Source: Isurus oxyrinchus
Taxonomy: Eukaryota
DNA: 64,000 bases
Assembly: GCA_026770705.1 (NCBI GenBank)
Contig: JANJGN010000008.1
Span: 155,434,001 to 155,498,000 of the forward strand
Direction: 5' to 3'
Shown: one piece after another, positions 12,601 through 23,053 of the stretch
Position numbering within the stretch: the first letter of the stretch is position 1
Layout: each line of letters opens with the position of its first letter
The notes under the pieces: model-generated
The model's input: the letters and a program-made list of their open reading frames with translations, nothing else
The model's database searches: none
What the model was told of the DNA's origin: nothing
Translations under genes and position numbers: made by a program

Positions 12601-13700
12601 TGTGCGTTACGTTTGAAATATTCTGATTTTGTCCAAGTGCTAAATAAAGTTGGTACATATGCTGCTAGTCAAATAGTTGGTACTCACATGTGAGCTACAG
12701 AAGGTTCAAATGATCAGAGCATTACAAGTAATGTTCAGGTCTTTTATGAAGATCAGGTCACTGGGGTTAGGTCAGAGCTACTAAATCTTGGCTTGTTAAT
12801 GCTCACGGTAGAACTTTATACAATGTTATCATCATTTCGGCTTCCTGAACTCTTCTCATTTCCCCAGTGAAATGGCAGGCAACCTGCTCTTAGACTCATG
12901 ATGTACTTGATTTGTTAGTCGAGCAGGTGGCCTCTCCTTACCATTCCCACCTACCAACTTGGGGTTCCACGTATGAACCTCTGTTTTTGTTTGAAATAGT
13001 GCATTTTGGACAAGTCACTGCCTCATTGAGATTTAAGTTTCATAGTTTCTTCATGCTTTTGGGAGTTGTAATTTACACACTGTGCATTTGTAGGATTGTC
13101 TTGTGGCCCTTTTAAGATTATGTCATGAGAATTGAAGATCAAAGCTGGCAGTCTGACCAATGGCCACATTTAACAACAGATTGAGTGTAAGGTTTTATTT
13201 AAATGCTCTTTACCCTTTTTAGTATACCAGAGATATGGAGCAACTGAGGCTGAATTGTTCCTAATTGGTTTTATTGATAGAAAAATGCAACAGTTTTGCA
13301 AGTAGAGACGCCTCTAACCTTAGTCAGTAGTGCAGCTCAACTCAATGATCAATTCTTCAGTAGACTGAAGCCAGTTTTTAGTTGACATCCTCTTGGCCTC
13401 TGCTTCTGGTCTGTTGTCTTGATCAGACTAAAAGGACTGTTTTTCTATCTTTCTCACTGATGCAAAAGCAATTGCTAATGCACATGTCTCAACCTATGTT
13501 CATGGGATAGTTCATGTTAGATGGGCCAGTAGCTTCCGTTACCTAGGTTTAAAATAGTTTGTGAATGACAGACATTACTACAGAATTACTAGAAAATAAC
13601 TTGTAACATGTGTAATAACTCAATGAATTGTATTCTGGAAATAAATGTCTAGTGAAATTTGTTCTGAGGGCCCTTTTAACATTTCCATCTTGCTGTTCAG

Positions 13701-13864
13701 GTGGAGAGACGATCAAAAGCATTAACCAGCAAACAGGAGCGCATGTAGAACTACAGAGAAACCCCCCACCAAATTCTGATCCTAATATCCGAATATTCAT
13801 CATCCGTGGAGCTCTACAACAGATCGAGCATGCTAGACAATTAATAGAAGAAAAAATCAATGGG
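13701..13864 (+). CDS. FUBP3: FUBP3 exon, KH4
   Basis: tgttcAG acceptor and GGG|gtgaga donor. [54 protein letters not shown]; 164 nt. Confidence 0.96.
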
Positions 13865-14394
13865 GTGAGATTTACCTCTGTTTTTTGCTACCACTTACAT
13901 TTTCCATTTCTTTCACTTCAACCTTTGCTTTACAGATTAGTTATTGATTCAGAAACTTTACCTTAGTTAAAACCCTGTCCCAGACCTTGGTCAGCGCTGT
14001 TGTAAATCAGCTATGAGGGAACCACACGATGTATTTGACATCTAGTCACCATCATGAGAAAATATTTAATATCCTACCAGTGCACTTTCTCCCATCCCCT
14101 TCTTTTCATGTGTTGCCTCTGCCTCTCGCAGGTTCCTGGTATCTTTCAAAATAACCAACTCAGATTCAGAGAATCATAAATGTTACAAAATAGAAGGAGG
14201 CCATTGACCCATCCAGCCTGTGCTAGCATTTTGAAAGAGCTATCCAAATTTCTGGTTGCGTGCTTATCATACAGAGTTTTGATTATATAACAAATAAAGA
14301 TTAAAATCAAAAGACTCTATGAAAGATATTTTTAAAATAATGGCACTTGGAGCAATCCATCTGAAGGACTCTGACTTCCTTGCTCTTGGCTGGC

Positions 14395-14785
14395 CCTGGT
14401 TCAATGATAGCATGCTCGCACCTGGTGCAGATGGCGGTGTGTTCAAACCTTAAACTAGAAATTTGAGTGCACAATCACAGCTACTGCAAAACTGATTGCC
14501 TTCTAGGTGAGATATTAAATCAAGACTCCCATTTCCCATGTCTGGTGGGCATAAAATATCCCGTGCTACTATCTAAAGAAAAGTAGGGCAGTTTTCTCAG
14601 TGACATGGCCAACTTTTTAACACTCAACCTACATCTAAATCCAATGATCTGGTCATTAATGTAATTGCTGTTTGTGGGCAAATTGTTTGCATTTCTTCTA
14701 TTACAACAACTTGAACATTTCTGAATAAAATAATTCATCACGTAGCGGTTGTGAAAGGTGCTATATAAATTCAAGTTCTTTCTCT
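14395..14785 (+). mobile_element. DeuSINE (SacSINE1/AmnSINE1-like)
   Basis: Deu-domain sequence atctggtcatt...attgctgtttgtggg and L2-type tail gtgaaaggtgctatataaat. Ends just upstream of the 14816 acceptor. Confidence 0.7.
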
Positions 14786-14815
14786 TTCTTAAATGCTTTT
14801 TTTTTACTCTTTTAG

Positions 14816-14889
14816 GGTCCAGGACCTGGTGGCCCTGGAGGATTTAACACAAGCCCTTATAGTCAAGGACCACCTGGACACCATCAAAA
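14816..14889 (+). CDS. FUBP3: FUBP3 exon, Gly/Pro-rich linker
   Basis: Long T tract plus tAG acceptor; AA|gtaaga donor. GPGPGGPGGFNTSPYSQGPPGHHQ(N); phases fit both neighbours. Confidence 0.9.
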
Positions 14890-15749
14890 GTAAGAGTTAC
14901 AATTCTACAATGTTTGCATTTTAAGCTTGGATAATTGTTTTCACTTAGTGTCAGTAGAATCAGTGTTTCTCCATGTTTGTACTCCTTGTTAAGCTGATGT
15001 GTTTGGAATGTAAACTATATCATGCCAGATTATCAATACCTCTCATGCACTTCATTTCTGATGTCCTCCATATGCTTTTTCATTTAATTTCTTTGCAGTG
15101 GAGCTTTGTTGCTATTTTGTTTGAGGTTTTGAGTTTTTGGTCCTGCAGATCTCTGATACATATGGGAACTCATTACCATGCTTTGAATCTCTAAATTAAG
15201 CTACTGAAAAATCCTTTGCCGATAATGGGTGCATACGCACTCTGCCCATAGGAACATGTCCCACTTAAGCACCAAGAAAACAGGCAAAGTTAGCAAGACC
15301 CACAACTTGGGGACCCCATGACTGTACAATTTAGCAACCTAAAAAAACTACTGACCAGAATATATGATTAGTAACTTTACCACTGTCTGACTGGAACACC
15401 AAATTTTCTCCCCTCTTTCTTTCCTGAACCCCCATTTTTCCCCTCTAAGTCATGGTCATGAACCAGGTTTGCCATTTATCCCTGGAGTGCTGCTTGCCTG
15501 CCTGGTTCGTGTATTAAGGCAAAGTCTGTCGTGGAAGGTCATCTCCGCTTCTAATTAGCTATTCCCAGCAGTGTTACCTTGGAATTGACACCCTAGTTTA
15601 ACCCTCTTTCACCACTAACCACTCGCCCCAAGAACACAAAATAGTCACCAGGCGATTAGCAGATACCAGGACCAATGTAAAATTTATAATATTCTGTTGA
15701 GCGTCCAGCTCATTTAAAATTTGTTTGTGCTCATTCATTTTGAACATAG

Positions 15750-15829
15750 TGGTCCTCCACAAGCCTTTATGACACAGGGATGGGGAAGTACGTATCAACC
15801 TTGGCAGCAGCAAGGACAGCAGGATCCAA
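15750..15829 (+). CDS. FUBP3: FUBP3 exon (QGWG motif)
   Basis: catAG acceptor and A|gtgagt donor. GPPQAFMTQGWGSTYQPWQQQGQQDP resembles human FUBP3 AFLTQGWGSTYQAWQQ. Confidence 0.94.
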
Positions 15830-16334
15830 GTGAGTGTCTGATTTGTTTACATCTAACAGTAGCTGTATTTTCTTATTGCCCTTTGCCAGCTCATTTTAGT
15901 ATTGATTGTGTTATGTTTGATTTCCATTTAGTCCAGTGCTTCATTAAAGACCTGGATAACAATGGCTTTTTATCACCCTTCTCAGAATGTGTAAAACGAC
16001 ATGCTGCATGGGCAGCTATTGAAATTCAACAGGAAAAGCAATACTTTTCTATCCACACATTCAGTATGTTAAGTTGCACTGCACACAATTCCTGTAAGTG
16101 CAAAACTTGCTTCTGTCATCCATCTGTCATCCATTTCAGCTAGTCTTAACAATAGTCAGATTGGTTCCAATTATTTCCTGATTTATTCTAATTCACTAAT
16201 TTATTTTACTTCTAACTGGCTGGTTGCAACATCAGTCCCAGTTATAGTAGGCCACAGATTAGTTGAAACAAACTGAACAATTGAACAGTTGCAATCTGTA
16301 GGAGAGTTTAAACTTTTTACATATTGTTGTACGG

Positions 16335-16475
16335 TGGGTGTACCCGTACCATGTGGGCTGCAGCGATTCGAGAAGACAGCTCACCGCCACCTTCTCAAGA
16401 GCAGCTAGAGATGGGCAATAAATGCTGACCCAGCCAGTGAAGCCCATGCCCCATGAATGAAGAATAATAAAAAAA
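16335..16475 (+). mobile_element. 3' tail of the same CR1-clade family
   Basis: agacagctcaccgccaccttctcaag...gggcaataaatgctgacc...ccatgaatgaa matches 35445-35535. Confidence 0.8.
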
Positions 16476-18199
16476 TCAGTGATTTGCATTTCTCCACCCA
16501 GTTCTCCTTTTGCGTTTTCATCAATGAGGGATAGAGTTTTGGCTTCTCTATCCAAGAACAGGCCAGTTCCACACTGTCCATGATTATAATTTGAGGTCAG
16601 ATAAACAACCCAAGCACTCTGCCTATAAGGGGGGCAGGGAAAGACCATCAACCTACTCCATTCAGTCAGCCATGCAACCTCCCATACCATTCACCAATGT
16701 AGCGACACTATCTTCAGCAATTCAGGAAAATTCTGGGGGAATTTCTCTTTCCCCCACCCCATTTTCTAAATTCTGGAATAACGAGTTGTCCATTGCAATC
16801 ACAACTAATTAACTTGCCTCCTATCACCTGTCCTGTCACAAATGTAGGGCTCCATGCTCATTATATTTTATTTACTTAACCTGTAACTGGCCAAGCATTC
16901 ATACGAAGAATTGAGTACCTGAAGCATTTTCTTAAATTAAAAATGGGGGCTGAAATCAACACAGTGCTGCAATGATTTGCTAATACGTTATTCATTCCGT
17001 GGTATAACATTTGTGCATTATTAGCCATTACATTATAATTCAGTGAACAGCATGTCCACTGATTGCCATGGGAGATCTGTTAATAACAAAATATATATTA
17101 TATAGATAGCATACATTTTTGACACTTCCTGTATAATGCTAATCATCCAATTTGAGCATAATCTTCAGTCAAATTTACATATTACCTCTGAAATAAATAG
17201 AAACGAGGAAGGTAGCCAAATGATCCAGACAAATTGATCAAAAAATTTCAACCCTCTTAATCATTGATCTTTCTCAGTAACTTTCCAAAAGGAAGTCTTA
17301 AACATAAAAGTTCATACATTATATTTCACAGTAGCACAATTATGCCTGCCCATACGCTTCTCTTTCTTACTTTCCTCAGTCACCACCAAAGACTATGCCA
17401 CCTACCCATAAGATTCTGCTGTAGTTTGAATAGGCTTCCAGTTTCTCACTGTTGCTTTCCTTCATCCTTCTCTGTTTCATAGCTGCCAAAATCACTTTTT
17501 TTTTCTTGCTTACAACTCATGTTCACCGCTGCCAAACATATCACTGCCCTTAAGTTTTGTGCCCTTATCTTTCCTAACTCATTAACAGCTCCATGACACT
17601 CAACACAAGCTCCTGTTTTTCTGCCCAGTTACGATCACCAATTTCTGGGGCCGAGCACTTCCCCCCTCCCACGCCACAATTGAGCCTCACCTTTTTACCT
17701 TCTGAGTCGAACAAAATAGATCCCAATGTAGCCCATCCCCATTTGAAAGCTTTTTTTGCCCACATAAATGCTATTGCCCCAACTTCCCAGCTGGAGACAT
17801 TTTCCTCCCTCTTCCTTCACCCCATTTGTATAAAAATTCTCTTTGTTCCATACAAATTATATTAAATATTCTGTATATGCATATATGAAAATGTATACCA
17901 TGCACAAATTAAGTGGCTTAGTACAATTTTATGTCCAATTTATTTTAACCCTCATTCCATTTTTGAGCCTGTGCAATTATTTAAAACATCATCTCATCTC
18001 ATTTCATTGCAGTGTGTATTTAATTTTTCCACTGTTACCCTAATTTGCTTTGAAACCAATGTTGCAATGATTTCCAGTAACAGTTAAAATATGTCAGCAA
18101 AACAGTGTGTTCTCCAGCCCATAAAATAATGCGTCTCCTCAATAATCCGCATATTCTCCAACTTCCCATGAGCATAGGCGATCCATTAATAAATAAGAG

Positions 18200-18490
18200 A
18201 AAATAAAAGCAAAAAACTGCAGATGCTGGAAATCAAAAACAAAAACAAAAACACCTGGAAAAAACTCAGCAGGTCTGACAGCATCTGCGGAGAGGAATAC
18301 AGTTAACGTTTTGAGTCCGTATGACTCTTCAACAGAACAGAAGAAGGGAAGTTAAGTCAACACTTTGGGCAAATAATCCTTGAAATAGTTCTGTCAGAAG
18401 ATCTGCACTCAAAGTGTTAACCTGTCTTTTCTTTTCAAATGTTCCTAGGTCTGTCGTTTGTTCTTCAATTTCTCTTATTTTTATTTGATT
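18200..18490. mobile_element. Penelope-type terminal repeat relic: one well-preserved copy (18200-18340) and a decayed inverted copy
   Basis: aaactgcagatgctggaaatc...ctggaaaaaactcagcaggtctgacagcatctgcggagagg...gttaacgttttgagtccgtatgactcttcaacagaac; same family as 48298-48467 and 50400-50500. Confidence 0.65.
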
Positions 18491-19533
18491 TCTAATTTTG
18501 ATTTTATCCCTGTTATATGGTTAGTCCTGAATTGTGGTGTTTATCTCTCTAAAACACTGCTGTATGTGACCATGCAAGTAGTGCAATGAATCCCATACTA
18601 AGGTTGATGAATAAAGGGTGATGAAACGCCTGGGACAAAATGGTTTTAACAAAATTCTGTGGATGAACATTGTACATGTCAAATCAACTGTTGCACAGGA
18701 ATAATTTGTTTTGGTATAGATTCCTGGACAAAGGAATGTAATGGCATCTATTCTGAATAGACTGGCTTTGTTTTTTCCCTCCAAAAACAAATTATTGTGG
18801 AACTGTTGCAGACTGGGCAACCCCAGCTTGTTAACTCTGTTCTCAGCTTATGTGCTTGACTTGAAGTCTCCTACCAACTTCCAGTTAAATCCATTGCAGA
18901 AGCAAAGAGCAACTCCTGGCCACTCTCAACCACCTTGTTGAGGGTGCTTTTTAAGTGGAGGTTGTGTTACACAATGCTTCAGGCGCAGTTCTCTTGCTGC
19001 TCAGCCATTTTTTGTGTACCATGGAAGATGTGGGTACCCTTGAATAGGGCATTAACTCTTCTCTCTGTCAACCCCCTTTTAAAAGCTCTGCATATATTTG
19101 AACAAAGCTATTTGAAAGCCCAGTCACTTGGTTCACGAAACATTTCATCCTATTTTTATCACTTTTATGCTTTTACTAAAGCACCTTGTGACTAGGTGAA
19201 TGTATTGAGGTAATAATTGAGTTAATACTGGCCTTGCTGGTGATCTTTCCTTCGAAGGGAAATTCAGTCAGAAGAGGATCAAATCCAAAATCGTTGGTAA
19301 TAACCAAGAAGGCATTAATAGGGGACGTACTCGGATTCCCATTTCTTTGGATACACTCTTTTTTTGGTGAGGGGCATGGAGTTACATTCACGTGATTCAA
19401 AATTAGACTTTAAAAAAATTAAAACCTGATCACAAGCAGTAATGTCACTGCATAATGAACTATTCCTACCACACAAGTAAAAGCTACCAAAATTAGTCAG
19501 TGATAGTTACTGTGACACTGTGTGTGTGTCTAG

Positions 19534-19650
19534 GTAAAGCTGCACAGCATTTGGGTACAGCAGCCTGGTCAGCCTACATCTCCCAGTTTTACCAGCAGCC
19601 TAGCCAGCAACAGCAAGCAACAATGGGGCAGAACTCGCAACAAAATTCAG
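19534..19650 (+). CDS. FUBP3: FUBP3 exon with degenerate first Tyr-rich (YM) motif; symmetric 117 nt
   Basis: (tg)n-tctAG acceptor and TCAG|gtgtgt donor; phase 1-1 and stop-free. (S)KAAQHLGTAAWSAYISQFYQQPSQQQQATMGQNSQQNS resembles AAWAAYY..YYQQ of FUBP1/KHSRP. Confidence 0.82.
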
Positions 19651-21444
19651 GTGTGTATTTGTAAAGAGAAATTTTTCAACAATACGGGCAAACGCCTTCC
19701 ACTTTCTGCGCCTAGCAATTTTCAATTTTTACCTGTGCAGTTCCGGAATCAACATCACTTCTATTAAATTTAACTTTACCCCTAATAATTAGGGGGCTTA
19801 GCCTATGTGTTCTAAAGCTGTCTGCCCATTTGAGACTTCATCCTAATCAAGCATTTCAATTAAAAGTCTTCTATTTATCTATCTGCCAAAGGTGCTGTGA
19901 GTTTGGGGTAGCCTCAACAAAATTTCTCCTGGGATCTATTGTGCTCTCTCTCTTGCTCGCTTGCACACACTCCTGCTCTCTCTACCCTTCCCATTGCCAT
20001 GATTTTACTCAGCCGTATGTTGTAAATTTCCGGTGTCTGCTATTTTTACATTTATTTTAGTGTGCATCGCCACAGCACAAAACTGCTCACTGAGTTGGCA
20101 ATGGCCAAGAATCCTTGGGGTTGGGAATTGGAATTTCAGCATTACAGTAAAGGAGATGGTCTTCTGAGACTGGGAGTTGAAGCAGATTGTTGGGTAGTGT
20201 AGAGGGAATTTTTGTGCTTTTCCTGGCCCAGGACTGCATAATACTGACGCGAGACACTAAACATGACCAATCATCAAATATCCCTTACTGCAACATTTGA
20301 ACTCCTAAATTGTGGTAGTGCTGTACTATGTTGCTATGTTACTGTGTAGTTAAATACAAGAATTTGAAAAATATCATACAACCCATCTCTTGGCTGTTGT
20401 GTTGTAGGATGGCTATTTTAGGGTATTGTGTGAAGAAGCTATTGGCAAATTTGTTTTTGAATTGTGAGGTAAGACTTTTGGAACTATCACAGTTGTGTGT
20501 CAGTGTATCAGTGATGTATTCTATCAATCTTTTCCCTCAACTTATGTAAAATATGCTTTTTGTGATGATCTGCTTATAGCTAGTGATCAGTGATAGTTGC
20601 TCATTAACCTGATAGGATAGACCATCAATGAAACTATCCTTCATTTGAAAGAAATCTCAAGTCTAATGCATTGTTTATTTGCTTCTAATTAAATCACAAT
20701 CCCTTAATGTCCCTCTCTTCTATTTCAAAGTTCAAAATTCACTTTGTAGCCAAAGTGGTTTATCCTAGTTCTAATTGGTAACAAACTTAATTCGATGGGT
20801 TGACAACGGTGCATCAACTACGCTTTAACCAATCAGATCTTGTGATTCTGGACTGACAGGTGACATGGCCTCTGAACTACACAATTGAGTTTTAGCACGT
20901 GTGAACAAATCAGCTATCACCACATTGAACTGCAGAAGAGTACAGACTGGGACTTCAGCAAGATCCAAGTGCAATGTTAACTATGTGGGGTTCAGTTGCG
21001 AACTGGTATTAACTGAGTTGTGCTGCAGAGGTTGAAATGGATTTTTTTAATCCTTGCTTTCTCCATAAATCCTGACCCAAGTAAACCATTTTATGCAAAG
21101 ATCATTCAGTGTTCAGTGACATAACTTACGAGCACCAGTTTGCTAATGTGTGTACTTTCAAAATGACCATGAAATTTTTCTCAAACTTCACATGAAACCT
21201 TGCATTAAATGTAGCTTTATTCTTACAAGAATTATCCCTTGTGGTGCCTATCTCAGGGTTTTCCTAACTTTTAATTAAAATATGTTATTCACTCAGACTC
21301 TCATAACTACTGACTTCTTAACCAGTTTCCACACTTGATATTTTCTATCAAATGTGTGTGCTTACATTTCAGAAATCGTTCAAAAGCTCACTTATCCAAT
21401 GAATATATTGATGTTAACAGACTGTGATGTTGAGATGGAGGAAA

Positions 21445-21730
21445 AGAAAGACTTGCATTTATATAGTACCTTAGAACTTAAAGCACATTACAATCAACTA
21501 ATAATTTCTGAAGTGAAGAGGGATTATCTTGAGTGCAGAAGGTGTTTGTGACTAAACTTTGGTATAGGCATGAGTGATTCACTGCTGATTGGTGATACTT
21601 GCTAATTCTTGTGAAGTATGAAGTTTCGTAGGGTAACTGAGAATGAGTTTGTAGCTGCATTTCTCCTAAAGAGAGTTCCCAAATTAATGTCAGTTGAACC
21701 TCAATCCACATCCCACCCCCAACCTCCCCA
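21445..21730 (-). mobile_element. DeuSINE, antisense, decayed
   Basis: aaagaaagacttgcatttatatagtacctt is the reverse-complement tail. Confidence 0.55.
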
Positions 21731-22984
21731 AAACAAAAACTCCCAACTTCTCCAAAGATGTTGGGAATTCTTCGGTTGCTTGTTTTCTACCTTTGTTTGG
21801 TCGGTTAGTTAAGTTGTGTCCAAAGCCTGCTATGCTTCACCATTTCCCTGATCCATTATGTGGATCGTCTTGAAGAGCTTTTTTCTACTGAAGGCAAAAT
21901 GTTTTCAGTGCCATGCACTTCCAAAGATATTTAATGGCAGAATTCAAAATGGTATTTCTGTTGATGCATATGAACAATTTTATATGTGGCCCTACAGATT
22001 GCAGTGAGTTTCTACCCTCCCGTCTGCCTTCTCCACCCCCTCCTCAAAATTCAAGACCTCTTTCCATTGTCCCACCTACAACATTCAATCGCAGTTTTAT
22101 AGTTATGTCTGCTTTTTTTTTTCTGTTTCTCACACAATAATGGCTCATTGGTTGGGTTGCTTAATCTTAATGCAAAGTTTTATAGGCAGTGTCCAAGCAG
22201 GTCATGTGTATGCTCTGGGCTGGTTAAGGTAAAACCTCCAAATGTATCAATTGGGATCTGCTCAGACGTCGTACTGCCTTGTAACGTGATCAGGGATAGC
22301 AAAGAAATATTTTGTTGATGGGAAAGAGGAAACAGTTACTTTCTGTCTCCTAACCCCACCCTCCACTCTTGAAAAATAATTGGAAAATGATAGTCTGGGA
22401 CGGAGAAGAGTCTTACCTTCTAGAGTGCAGGTTTTTGCTGGTGCTGCTGTTGGAATTAACTTTTGCCTGTTAGGGTCTACCTGGTCTTGCCCACTCCCTC
22501 TGTGTAAACTGGGCTGAGATTGGGAACGCTCAGGAGCAATTTATGATGTCAAGCTTTAAATTAGAAACTTGCTGTGTGTGGAAATCGAAGAATATGGGAC
22601 TGTACCTGTCATTCTGTGATACAGCATGTTGAGTCGTGTGATCTGGTTATGAATAGCAGAAGAAATTAATATTTCATTGAGAGGAGTAGCCCTCTGCAAC
22701 CAGAAGGCTGTAAAATGAAATAAGAATCTAACCTAATTTGTACGGGAGGTGTGCAGTCTGAGTTGTCCTCCAGCAAAACTTGTTTGGTCAAGATTCATAA
22801 TTCCAACCATTAGTGTGTAACATTTGCTAACTACACATTACTACTCTGCATCAGATCAGTCTGGTCTGAAGCTGTTCCGAGTGATGGGGCTTCTTTTGTT
22901 TTGCAAAAGATCTCTGACCTTTTTTAAAATATGATGTATTTTATATCAGTTTGTGAAATGTAATTTTTTTAAACCTGCCCACAG

Positions 22985-23053
22985 ATCAGAATGGTGGCCA
23001 AACTGGTCAGATGGATTATTCCAAAGCCTGGGAGGATTACTACAAAATACTTG
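22985..23053 (+). CDS. FUBP3: FUBP3 exon, YM motif DYSKAWEDYYK
   Basis: cccacAG acceptor and G|gtatgc donor. (D)QNGGQTGQMDYSKAWEDYYKIL; 69 nt. Confidence 0.95.

Noticed and set aside
16600-17850. Possible old LINE body fragments
   Set aside because: Composition is suggestive but too decayed to assign family or boundaries by eye.
20560-20615. Possible intronic C/D box snoRNA (GTGATGA...CTGA)
   Set aside because: Only ~52 nt, no terminal stem and no recognisable rRNA or snRNA complementarity.
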